NCBI GenBank assembly: GCA_038046005.1
Contig: JBBSXB010000004.1
Span: 1-48,399, forward strand
DNA length: 48,399 nt
DNA from: Nanobdellota archaeon
GTDB taxonomy: Archaea > Nanobdellota > Nanobdellia > Pacearchaeales > GW2011-AR1
Direction: 5' to 3'
Below, one piece after another: positions 38,336-47,372 of this stretch. Made by a program: the position numbers and the translations under genes. The stretch's first letter is position 1; each line of letters opens with the position of its first letter. The notes beneath the pieces are model-generated. The model searched no databases. It was not told where the DNA came from and was given only the letters and a program-made list of their open reading frames with translations.

Positions 38336-39541
38336 ATGATAAAAGATTTGGATAAAAAAATAAAAGCGTATGCATTAAAAAATGCGATTGCACATGACGG
38401 CAAGGCTAATCCTGGCAGTGTTATTTCTGCATTGTTTAATGAAGGATTGAAAAAATCAGAAGTTAAAAAAGTCATGACAAAAATTCAGGAAATAATAAAA
38501 GATGTTGAAACTCTTTCTCTTGAAGATCAAAAAAAAGAATTTGAAGATTTAGACAAAGTTGTGAGCCACAGAGAAACAAGAGAAGGACTTGAGGAGCTTC
38601 CTAATTCAAAAAAAGGAGTTGTAATGAGATTTGCTCCTTCGCCTTCCGGCCCAATGCACATCGGCCATGCTTTAACTTCCTGCATCTCTTTTCTTTACGT
38701 AAAAAAGTATGGGGGAAAATTTTATTTGAGAATTGAAGATACAAATCCAGAAAATATTTACAAGCCAGCTTACAAGATGATTGATGACGAGGGAAAATGG
38801 CTTTTTGATGGAATTGCAAAAACAATTATCCAATCTGACAGGATGGAATTATACTATAAATATTCTAAAAAGTTAATAGACAAAAAATCTGCTTATATCT
38901 GCACTTGTTCTCAAGAAGCTTTTAAAAAATTTGTTGACGTTAAAAAAAATTGCCCTTGCAGAAATTTGTCGGTTAAAAAAAATATAGAGAGATGGAAAAA
39001 AATGTTAGACGATAAAGGCTTTGAGGAAGGTGAAGCAGTTTTGAGATTCAAGAGTTCAATGACACACAAAAATCCTGCAATGAGAGATTTTCCCTTAGCA
39101 AGGGTCAATCTTACTCCTCACCCAAGACAAGCTTCAAAATACAGGGTTTGGCCTTTGATGAATCTAGCTGTGGCTGTTGATGATATTGAAATGAAAATGA
39201 GCCACATAATCCGAGCTAAAGACCATAGGGATAATGCCGAAAGACAAAAGATGATTTATTCTGCTTTAGGAATAAAAAAATTTCCCTGGACGGCTTTTTT
39301 AGGAAGAATCCACTTTAAAGATCTTGAACTTTCGACAACGCAGTTCAGGCAGGGAATTGAAAAAGGAATTTATTCTGGGTGGGATGATGTAAAACTCCCG
39401 ACACTTGCTTCATTGAAAAAAAGAGGTTATAAGCCACAGGCTTTTTGGAAACTTTCCGAAAGAATAGGACTTTCAGAAAATGATAAGGTTATGGACAAGA
39501 AAGAATTTTTCCTTCTTTTGGATGACTTTAACAGAGTGTAA
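38336..39541 (+). CDS. gltX: Glutamate--tRNA ligase, archaeal type, lacking the C-terminal anticodon-binding domain
   Basis: RFAPSPSGPMHIGH, LRIEDTNP, CTC..CPCR zinc site, LSTT at the KMSK position, GWDD. Confidence 0.9.
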   Translation: MIKDLDKKIKAYALKNAIAHDGKANPGSVISALFNEGLKKSEVKKVMTKIQEIIKDVETLSLEDQKKEFEDLDKVVSHRETREGLEELPNSKKGVVMRFAPSPSGPMHIGHALTSCISFLYVKKYGGKFYLRIEDTNPENIYKPAYKMIDDEGKWLFDGIAKTIIQSDRMELYYKYSKKLIDKKSAYICTCSQEAFKKFVDVKKNCPCRNLSVKKNIERWKKMLDDKGFEEGEAVLRFKSSMTHKNPAMRDFPLARVNLTPHPRQASKYRVWPLMNLAVAVDDIEMKMSHIIRAKDHRDNAERQKMIYSALGIKKFPWTAFLGRIHFKDLELSTTQFRQGIEKGIYSGWDDVKLPTLASLKKRGYKPQAFWKLSERIGLSENDKVMDKKEFFLLLDDFNRV

Positions 39542-39607
39542 AAAACTTTAAATACTAGATTTCTTATTATAGATGATACAGTTAATATGGTTAAAAGGAG
39601 GTTAATG

Positions 39608-40072
39608 ATGTTATATAATAAAAAAGGATTGTCCACTATTGTGACAACTTTAATAATAATCCTTTTAGTGTTGGTTGCCATAGGGATTATCTGGGTTGTG
39701 ATAAGAGGAGTTATTGAACAAGGAACAAGCCAGATAGATATTAACACACGATGTATTAATACTGATGTTAGGGCAACTGCAGTAAGTTGTACTGGGCCAT
39801 TAAACCAGAGTTGCACTCTCGATGTAACTAGAAAAGCAGGAACTGATGCTCTCGGAGGAGTGAAGGCGGTTTTCCACAATACAACTGCTGGAACAAGTTC
39901 TAATGTTACAGACATATATTCTGGAGACTTAACCCTTTTATCAACGAGAACTTTTGGAGGGGTATCTGTAGTCCCAGTAGTAGCACCTAATAGTGTTGAT
40001 ATTATTCCATACTTTAAAGATGCACAGGGTCAACCTAGGCTTTGCACACAGATCAATACTTTTAGTTTTTAA
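39608..40072 (+). CDS. Type IV pilin/archaellin-like protein
   Basis: KKG/LSTIVTTLIIILL signal; GGAGGT SD at 39597 indicates a start at 39605/39608. Confidence 0.85.
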   Translation: MLYNKKGLSTIVTTLIIILLVLVAIGIIWVVIRGVIEQGTSQIDINTRCINTDVRATAVSCTGPLNQSCTLDVTRKAGTDALGGVKAVFHNTTAGTSSNVTDIYSGDLTLLSTRTFGGVSVVPVVAPNSVDIIPYFKDAQGQPRLCTQINTFSF

Positions 40073-40172
40073 TTTTTATTTTTTAATTTAATTCTATTTG
40101 TTTAGAAATTAGCCTGGGCTTTGAAAAGCAATAATTCAAAACCTTTATAAGCCATCTTCTGCAATTTTTAAG

Positions 40173-41159
40173 ATGACACTAAATTTTGAGAGGGAAAAGT
40201 ACATATCAGAATTAAAAAGGATAAAACCCAAGAAAGTTTTAGTGCAACTTCCAGAAGGAATAAAGCAAAATGCACTTGATATTGTGAAGGACATTGAGAC
40301 CTTGGGAATAGAAGTTGTTGTTTCTGGAGAGACTTGCTGGGGCGGCTGCTCTGTGGCTTGGCAGGAAGCACAAGCTTTAGGAGTTGACCTTATTGTTCAT
40401 TTCGGACATGCAAAATATGTTGAGATTGATTTTCCAGTAATTTACATTGAGGTAAGAGACGAATTAGATTTAAATCCAATTCTGAAAAAATCTTTAACGC
40501 CCATAAAAAAATTCAAAACGATTGGGCTTTCTTATTCTATACAACATAGACATGATTTGGACAATATAATCAAATTTTATGAGAAGAATGGGAAAAAGGT
40601 TGTTGTTTCAAAGAAACTTGGAGTTGCGGCTTATGAAGGCCATGTTGTTGGATGTGAATATACAGGACTAAAGGCAATTGAAAATGAAGTTGACTGTTAT
40701 GTTATTATTGGAAATAATTTTCATTCAATGGGTGCTGCATTGGCTGTAAAAAAGCCAGTTTTTTTAGTTGATGTGTACAATTATGAAATTAAGGAAATGT
40801 CAAAGTTAAGAGACAAAATAATGAGGCAAAGAATTATTTCAATTGAAAAACTCAAGGATGCAAAAACTGTGGGTGTTATTGTCGAGATAAAACCTGGACA
40901 GAAGTTTGGCTCTGCAAAATTTATAATGGACAAGCTGAGAAGCCATGGGAAAAATCCTATATTAATAACAATGAATGAAATGACTCCAGATAAAATCATG
41001 AATTTTTATTATGTTGATGCTTTTATAGAGTTGGCTTGCCCTAGGATTGCTGTTGATGATTTTGCAAAATATGAAAAACCAATTTTGACTTTGAGAGAGG
41101 CTAAAGTTGCACTGGGTGAAACAACTTGGGAAGAACTTTTGAAAAAGGGGGTTTTGTGA
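40173..41159 (+). CDS. dph2: Diphthamide biosynthesis enzyme Dph2
   Basis: VQLPEGIK, CWGGC, IVHFGH, VVGC, ACPRIAVDD (three Fe-S cysteine motifs). Confidence 0.95.
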   Translation: MTLNFEREKYISELKRIKPKKVLVQLPEGIKQNALDIVKDIETLGIEVVVSGETCWGGCSVAWQEAQALGVDLIVHFGHAKYVEIDFPVIYIEVRDELDLNPILKKSLTPIKKFKTIGLSYSIQHRHDLDNIIKFYEKNGKKVVVSKKLGVAAYEGHVVGCEYTGLKAIENEVDCYVIIGNNFHSMGAALAVKKPVFLVDVYNYEIKEMSKLRDKIMRQRIISIEKLKDAKTVGVIVEIKPGQKFGSAKFIMDKLRSHGKNPILITMNEMTPDKIMNFYYVDAFIELACPRIAVDDFAKYEKPILTLREAKVALGETTWEELLKKGVL

Positions 41160-41614
41160 TGAAAAAAAATTTGGAAGAAAGGGGAATTGAGAAAATATTA
41201 ATAGCAATGAGTGAAGGTCAAAAATTTGTGAATATAATTAGCGACCATCTTCCAAGAAAATGGAATGGAGGATATGAATTTATCTTTTTAAAAGATGGGG
41301 GAGAGCTTAAAGCCGAACTTCAAAATATTAGGCTAGGAACTTTAAAAGATGTGATGGCTGTGGTGGTAGATTCTTCTGAAGTATTTGAAAAATATCATAT
41401 TATAGGGCAGTATGTTGGTAAAATAGAGCCACGAATTTTTCTATGTGGAAATAAAACAGATTTCGAGAGCATCTCAAATCCAGATGGAAGAGTTATTTAT
41501 ATTGACAGAACAAGACCTTATGACTTAATCGGAAAAATACATGATGCTTTAGTGGAAGACAGGACCAACAGAAACAAAGCATCAACTTTAAATACTCCAA
41601 AAAAGTCAGATTAA
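41159..41614 (+). CDS. Hypothetical protein
   Basis: ATG overlapping the dph2 stop. Confidence 0.6.
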   Translation: MKKNLEERGIEKILIAMSEGQKFVNIISDHLPRKWNGGYEFIFLKDGGELKAELQNIRLGTLKDVMAVVVDSSEVFEKYHIIGQYVGKIEPRIFLCGNKTDFESISNPDGRVIYIDRTRPYDLIGKIHDALVEDRTNRNKASTLNTPKKSD

Positions 41615-41736
41615 CATGACAGCTATTGTTAGAGGTTATCGGCATAAATAAAATCAAAGACGATTTTTCTAGCTGTGCTTTTCTTCGAAATATTCTTAAA
41701 TCAACTTCATTTAATGTAAATTGTGTCAACTATAAT

Positions 41737-41808
41737 GGCGGTTGTAGTATAATGGCAGTACGTACGGTTGTGGTCCGTGAGACGAGGGTTCGATTCCCTC
41801 CTTCCGCT
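41737..41808 (+). tRNA. tRNA-His(GTG)
   Basis: G-1 present; anticodon arm TACGG-TTGTGGT-CCGTG; T arm GAGGG-TTCGATT-CCCTC; acceptor GCGGTTG/CTTCCGC with two U-U mismatches. Confidence 0.9.
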
Positions 41809-41865
41809 TAGATGAATACCCATCGGTTTAGAAACCTTTATAAATAGGGTCAGCGTTGATAAAGT

Positions 41866-42984
41866 ATGAGTAAAGTCGAGTTACAAGACTTAAGGATAGA
41901 CAAAAGATATAATTCTCTCAAAGAGCTTTCTGGAAATGAGTTTATTTTAATTGAGAAATTTGTTAATCAGGCAAAGAACGGAGAAAACAATAAAGGCATA
42001 GACATTAAACAAGCGACCGAAGCAAAATATATTGATGCTCTGGCTATGGCTTATCGTTCTTGGAAAAAACCACTTCTTGAATTAAATAAAGAAAGTCTCA
42101 CTCAGCTTAAACAGGACTTGAAAAGTGGAAAGATAAAATCAAGATTTAGAAAACCTTATTCTCAAAGTTCACAAAGAGAAATGGAATTAATCTTAATTCG
42201 TTTTCTTGAATTTGCTAAACCTGAAAAATTCTCTGGGATGAGAAGATGGTTCATTGCTAAAGTTCAGAAAAAAGATGTGGACTTCTTAAGAGAAGCTGAA
42301 ATAGAAAAGTTGTATAATCATTGCAGAAGTGTTGAAGACAGGTTTTTGGTTGCAGTTTTATTTGATAGCGGGGCAAGAGCGAGTGAATTTCTTAATATAA
42401 GGTTTGAGGACATAACAGAACCCACTCAAAATTTTCCTTACTATAAAATAAATTTTAAAGAAGAATACAGTAAGACGAAAGGACGAAATATTGGGCTATA
42501 CTGGAAGCACAGCACAGAATCTATAAAGAATTATTTAAATGAGGTTGAAGGTAAACCTGCAGACCCAGTTTTCAATAAATCTTATGACGCTATAAGACTA
42601 TTCCTAACAGATTTTGGTAAGAAGATTTTAGGCAAGAGAATATATTTTCATATATTTAGAAAATCAAGTGCGACCTACTATGCACAGAAATTAAAATCAA
42701 GACAGCAACTTTGTTATAGATATGGTTGGAATTTCTCATCTGATGTTCCAGACGTATATATCTCTAGAGAACAAGGGGAGGAAGAAGTTAAAGAGAATAT
42801 GAAGAATACTGATATGTCTGAGTTGGATAAACAAAATCAAGAGCTTAAAACAAAAATGGCTATTATTTCTGAAGATAATAAAAAAGAAATTGAAGATTTG
42901 AATTCTAAATTAGAGGAAGTTTACAAATTGTTAAAGAAAAGGAAAGGCTTTGATGATTTGGTTAAGGAGATAGTGAAAAAATGA
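41866..42984 (+). CDS. Tyrosine recombinase/integrase
   Basis: SGARASE (R), SKTKG (K), HIFR (HxxR), YGW, PDVY (Y); directly 3' of tRNA-His. Confidence 0.92.
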   Translation: MSKVELQDLRIDKRYNSLKELSGNEFILIEKFVNQAKNGENNKGIDIKQATEAKYIDALAMAYRSWKKPLLELNKESLTQLKQDLKSGKIKSRFRKPYSQSSQREMELILIRFLEFAKPEKFSGMRRWFIAKVQKKDVDFLREAEIEKLYNHCRSVEDRFLVAVLFDSGARASEFLNIRFEDITEPTQNFPYYKINFKEEYSKTKGRNIGLYWKHSTESIKNYLNEVEGKPADPVFNKSYDAIRLFLTDFGKKILGKRIYFHIFRKSSATYYAQKLKSRQQLCYRYGWNFSSDVPDVYISREQGEEEVKENMKNTDMSELDKQNQELKTKMAIISEDNKKEIEDLNSKLEEVYKLLKKRKGFDDLVKEIVKK

Positions 42985-43769
42985 ATTTTATACTAAAAAT
43001 TTTTGCATTCTTTTACACACGTTGGATACATAAATTAGAGAGAGAGCTTGGCTATAAATTAAAATTTGAAAAGATTCCAAAAACGTGGATTAATGGTTTA
43101 ATGACATTTGATATGGAAAGATCGTGGCGTAAACAAGGAATTGAAGCTAAGGGTGTAAACTATTTTACGGTTGGTTCTTTAATCGGAGACTTATCTTCTC
43201 GTTTTATTCGTGATAAAAGACAATATCAATCTTGGTTGGGAGCATATTTAGTAAAATTTAAAGATTCAAGAAAATTTACATTACAGGATCATTATGATTT
43301 AGCCGTTGCAGATCAAAAAAATTGGTTGGGTGATTTTGGTGATCCAAACCCATTCTATGAAATGCCAGAAGAAAATACTGGTAAGGTTCAAAATATTATG
43401 ATTGGAAATTATTCGGGTAAGCTATATGAATTCTTGGGAGGCTTATCCCATAGTGATGTTGGAAATAAAAATAGTAATATGCGTAACAAAATTCTTATGG
43501 CTCTTATGGCTTCAATGTTTAATAGATACAATTCTAAATTAAGTCTAAACTACAGTAATTTTATTCCTAAACATCCATTCTCTAACTATGAGACAGTAAC
43601 CTTAAAGGGATATATAGCAATAGTAGACTTAGATAATAATACTAAAGTTGTTTTATATGGAAATGGAACGATAATTAATAATAAAGCTGGCAAAAAGAGT
43701 GATTACTCTTCTCTTTTGAAAAAAGACATATTAACTGCATTTAAATCAGTTATAATCACTAAATTATAA
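42981..43769 (+). CDS. Hypothetical protein
   Basis: 262-aa ORF coupled to the integrase. Confidence 0.7.
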   Translation: MNFILKIFAFFYTRWIHKLERELGYKLKFEKIPKTWINGLMTFDMERSWRKQGIEAKGVNYFTVGSLIGDLSSRFIRDKRQYQSWLGAYLVKFKDSRKFTLQDHYDLAVADQKNWLGDFGDPNPFYEMPEENTGKVQNIMIGNYSGKLYEFLGGLSHSDVGNKNSNMRNKILMALMASMFNRYNSKLSLNYSNFIPKHPFSNYETVTLKGYIAIVDLDNNTKVVLYGNGTIINNKAGKKSDYSSLLKKDILTAFKSVIITKL

Positions 43770-43786
43770 AATCTCATCATGAAAAA

Positions 43787-44497
43787 ATGAATTCAAAATT
43801 GCCTCTAATAATGGCTCATGCGGGAGGAGATAAATATTTCCAAGAGAATAGCCTAAAAGCTATAAACCAGTCTAATAAGTTAAAACCAGACATAATAGAA
43901 TTAGATGTAAGAAAATCCAAAGATAACGTACTATTTTGCCATCATGGAAAAATACTTTTAGGTTTATTAAAAGCTTATTTTTCTTCTTATAGAAAGTTTG
44001 ATGATATAAAAAAAGGAAAAACAATATTCACCTTAGAAAAGATTTTGAGTGAAATAAAAAACAATCCAATTATGTATTTAGATATTAAAGATAAAAGAAT
44101 AAATGCAAAAGATATAGAAAACGTATTTAGAAAAGCTAAATTTAGTAGAGTTTACATCGCTTCTTATTCCAAGAAATATTTGGTTAATTTAAAAAATGTT
44201 TTGGGAAAAAAATATCTTTATGCTTACCAACACCCAATTTTTTTCATAAAATCATTTATAAAAAGATACAAAGGCAAGATTAATATGGTCAAAATATTTA
44301 GATGGGAAAAAAAGTATTTTAAAGAGCTAAAAAAGCAAGGATTTCAGCCTAAGCTATATTACTCATTTTATTCAAAAAAAAGATACATTGAAGACAGTAT
44401 CAAGCTTAAAAGTCTGTACATTTGCACGGGGGATACTAAAAAAACAAGGGAACTTATGAAAAAACTTCTTGAAATAGAGAATGTGGTTGATTTTTAG
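43787..44497 (+). CDS. Glycerophosphodiester phosphodiesterase family protein
   Basis: IMAHAGG..ENSLKA, IELDVRKSKD..FCHH, LDIK. Confidence 0.8.
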   Translation: MNSKLPLIMAHAGGDKYFQENSLKAINQSNKLKPDIIELDVRKSKDNVLFCHHGKILLGLLKAYFSSYRKFDDIKKGKTIFTLEKILSEIKNNPIMYLDIKDKRINAKDIENVFRKAKFSRVYIASYSKKYLVNLKNVLGKKYLYAYQHPIFFIKSFIKRYKGKINMVKIFRWEKKYFKELKKQGFQPKLYYSFYSKKRYIEDSIKLKSLYICTGDTKKTRELMKKLLEIENVVDF

Positions 44498-44907
44498 TGA
44501 TCTGTTACTGTAACAATATTCCCTGACAAATATCCGTGCAGTGTTGTTTTTTTAGTCAGCACAATAGGTAATTGAAGCACTAGCATATTAAAAAAAAATA
44601 AATCAAAAGGAAAAAATATCCAAAATAATAAAGTTGAGAAACTTAAAGTGTATAAAACTACATATATCAAGTGATTTCTTTTGGGATATTTCTTTGCATA
44701 TTTTGTTTTCATAAGTATCATTCCAATACATCTATTATCATTGAAAATTAAAAAAGATAAATTGTATACAAAAAATATAATTATTAATATCAACTTTCTT
44801 GTTAGACTGTCTGTAATCAAAAAATAAAACGGGACAAATATTATTAACACTATAATCACATTAATTGCAGAAGTTGCCACCTTTTGAAATGTAGATGTTT
44901 CTCGCAT
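44494..44907 (-). CDS. RDD-like membrane protein
   Basis: Four TM helices; RCIGM and TLHGYLSG motifs. Confidence 0.6.
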   Translation of the reverse strand: MRETSTFQKVATSAINVIIVLIIFVPFYFLITDSLTRKLILIIIFFVYNLSFLIFNDNRCIGMILMKTKYAKKYPKRNHLIYVVLYTLSFSTLLFWIFFPFDLFFFNMLVLQLPIVLTKKTTLHGYLSGNIVTVTDH

Positions 44908-44941
44908 AATAAGTATTATGCATTAGATTTTATAAACGATT

Positions 44942-46377
44942 CTATAGTTTCGACTTTATATGTGCTAAAACGCAGTTAATCTCATCAAAAGTTATCGACT
45001 CATCCTTTATTCTTTCTTTTATCTCTCTCAGCCTTTCATCTTTGTTTTTTATATTGGAATAAATAATAAATATTTTTTTCTTTTCCAAAACCTTTGAGAT
45101 TGGTACTTGCTTGTGTTCAATCAAATTAGCAAGATGCTCCCAGACAGTTGATTCTTTAATCTTTCTTATTTCTGCAATCTTTTTGATTTTAATTCCCTTA
45201 GAATAAAGGAAAAGCGTTTTCTGAACACTAAACTTAGCTTCGCTTTCTTTTATTTTATTAACAAAATTAATATTATTTTTAGTATTGATCATTTCCCCAT
45301 CAATCTTGAAAGACTGGTTGAACCATTTTACAATATGTCTCCTTAATTTGTATGTATCAGCATGAGAAGCATATGCAAGCCAGCCTTCCAATGATTCAAC
45401 TGCTTTTTCTCTTGTTAAAAATCCATTCTTAAACAAAACCTTTAGTTTGCCGAATTTCCTTTCAAAATTTTCTATGTTGCTTTTTCTTAATAATTTATAA
45501 TTGTAGAAAATTCTAAATCCAAGAAAAACCACTCCATTTTCAAGCTTCAATATCTTGGATTTTCCTGAATGAAGTTCCAGTTTTAGTTTATCAGCTATAA
45601 AATTATTAATTTCATCTTTCCATATTTTAAGCTGTTCTTTGGAATTATGGAGAATGACAAAGTCATCAACATATCTGACATAATACTTTGCCTTTAATTT
45701 TTGCTTGACAAAATAATCCAATTCATTAAGGTAAACATTGGCAAAAAACTGCGAAGTTAAGTTGCCAAGAGGCATTCCTTTTTGAAAAACTCGTTCTTCT
45801 CGCGACCCCGCTTCAAACTCCTTGCCAATCCCATCGCGAAATCGCTCGCCCCCCCCCAACTGTTTTTTAGAATTTGTTTTATAAGCCAGATGACTTTTTC
45901 ATCTTTAATTTTTCTGCTTACAATATTGATTAATACTTCATGATCAATCTCCTCAAAATAATGCTTTATGTCTGCCTTCAAAACATAGCAATTTTTAGTG
46001 TTATTTCTTGAGACTTTTCTCTTGAATTTATCAAATCTCTCAAGAGCTTTGTGCGTTCCTTTTCCAATTTGATTTGCGTGAGAGTCATAAATAAATGATT
46101 TTTCAAATACTGGGACAATCAAATTGCACAAAGCATGGTGGACAACCCTATCTCTGAATGCAGATTTTGAAATCTTTCTGGTTTTTGGGTCTCTCAAAAT
46201 AAAGGTCTTAAGCTTGTGTGGTTTGTAAGTTTGAGAAATTAATTCTTCTTGTAATTTTTTTATTTTCCCAATAAGGTTTTCCTCAAATCTTTTTACATAC
46301 CTTCTTTTAGTCTTGCCTTTTCTTGCTTTTTTGTAAGCTAGAAGAAGATTTCCCAAAGAGCATATTTTATCGTACAT
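44942..46377 (-). CDS. DGR reverse transcriptase with C-terminal HTH_40-like domain, split by a -1 frameshift near 45849..45868
   Basis: 5' ORF: DPKTRKI, FRDRVVHHAL, KGTHKA, LKADIKHYF. 3' ORF: GMPLGNLTSQFFANVYL, YVRYVDD, FLG, ending in IAEIRKIKESTVWEHL. The joined product would be about 478 aa. Confidence 0.9.
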
Positions 46378-46411
46378 TTTAATATAAGCCCTAGAATCAC
46401 GCTAAGATATT

Positions 46412-46493
46412 CAACGAAACGACCACGGTCATTGCCAAGACCGTCCGCGCCACCAGCATTAGACCTATTGTCAAGCCTATTGACGTACCACGC
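46412..46493 (-). repeat. DGR template repeat (TR)
   Basis: Non-coding 82-nt copy of both VRs with 14 adenines; mismatches to the VRs fall at TR adenines. Confidence 0.95.
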
Positions 46494-46690
46494 CCGGCAA
46501 ATAGCTTCTTCACTTTAGTTTGCTCACTGCTGTTTCACTTTGTGTCACAGCTGTATTTTATAGCAACATTGTTGCCCTAGTGAAAAAGCCTGTAACCTAG
46601 CTCACTTCAATCTCTAAAGATTGGATTCTAGGGTGATAATTTTCAAGAAAAATTGTATAAAAATATATAGGTTGTAGAAAAATTATATTA

Positions 46691-47371
46691 CTAAGCTGTT
46701 TTTTTAGAAACGCCAGCGCCTCCGGCGCTAACCCCAACGAAACGACCACGGACATCGCCAAGACCGCCCACGCCACCAGCACTAGACCCATAGTCAAGCC
46801 ACCTGACGCACCACGCTCTTAATGTAGGAACATCAATTGCAGAACCTAAATAAATTCCCATGTTCTTATCATAGCTAAATCTATCTTTAGTTTCTTTGAA
46901 TACAAAATCAGCATATTCTTCAAGCAAGTTTTTATCCCTTGCAAGAGTTTGCCATAAAGGATTTTTTCTTGCCTGTCTTGCACTTAATAAATCGCCAGTG
47001 TATTTTTCCAAATCAGATTTTTTGAATTCTGCTCCCTGAATAGTATTGTAAACTCCATCAGGCAAAACCAATGCTCCTGACCTTAACTGGCTTTGAGGAT
47101 TAATTCCTCTTAATTCTTTTGAGTCTAAAGCTATTTTTATTCTTCCATCAGGATGATAAACAACTACGTCTCCTGTGTCAAAATAATTATCAACATAGGA
47201 TGATCTTACTTCATTGTTAACAGGAAGCTTTCTTAATTCAAGTCTTCTCTTCATAAGTCCTGAAACAGACAAAGGAGTTCTTCCATCAGCTATCAATTTA
47301 GGCATTTGTTCAACATTTCTGCCATAGAATTCAGCATAAGTCACAGGAGATTCGTTTAATGTTAAAGCCAT
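46691..47371 (-). CDS. DGR target protein 1 (C-terminal VR, CLec-like fold expected)
   Basis: VR at the 3' end, ending RGRFVG; paralog of 47373..48143. Confidence 0.92.
   Translation of the reverse strand: MALTLNESPVTYAEFYGRNVEQMPKLIADGRTPLSVSGLMKRRLELRKLPVNNEVRSSYVDNYFDTGDVVVYHPDGRIKIALDSKELRGINPQSQLRSGALVLPDGVYNTIQGAEFKKSDLEKYTGDLLSARQARKNPLWQTLARDKNLLEEYADFVFKETKDRFSYDKNMGIYLGSAIDVPTLRAWCVRWLDYGSSAGGVGGLGDVRGRFVGVSAGGAGVSKKTA
46715..46729 (-). promoter_or_regulatory. DGR homing hairpin 3' of VR1
   Basis: AGCGCC-GGA-GGCGCT; absent after TR. Confidence 0.85.
46735..46816 (-). repeat. DGR variable repeat VR1
   Basis: 11 mismatches to TR in 82 nt, 9 of them at TR adenines. Confidence 0.95.
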
Positions 47372-47372
47372 T

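Noticed and set aside
44942-46377. RT as a group II intron, retron or Abi RT
   Set aside because: Adjacent TR/VR pairs with adenine-specific mismatches and the GNLTSQ motif identify a DGR RT.
46597-46797. 66-aa ORF as a possible avd
   Set aside because: It is an alternative frame of VR1 and target 1, and is too short with no Avd-like features.
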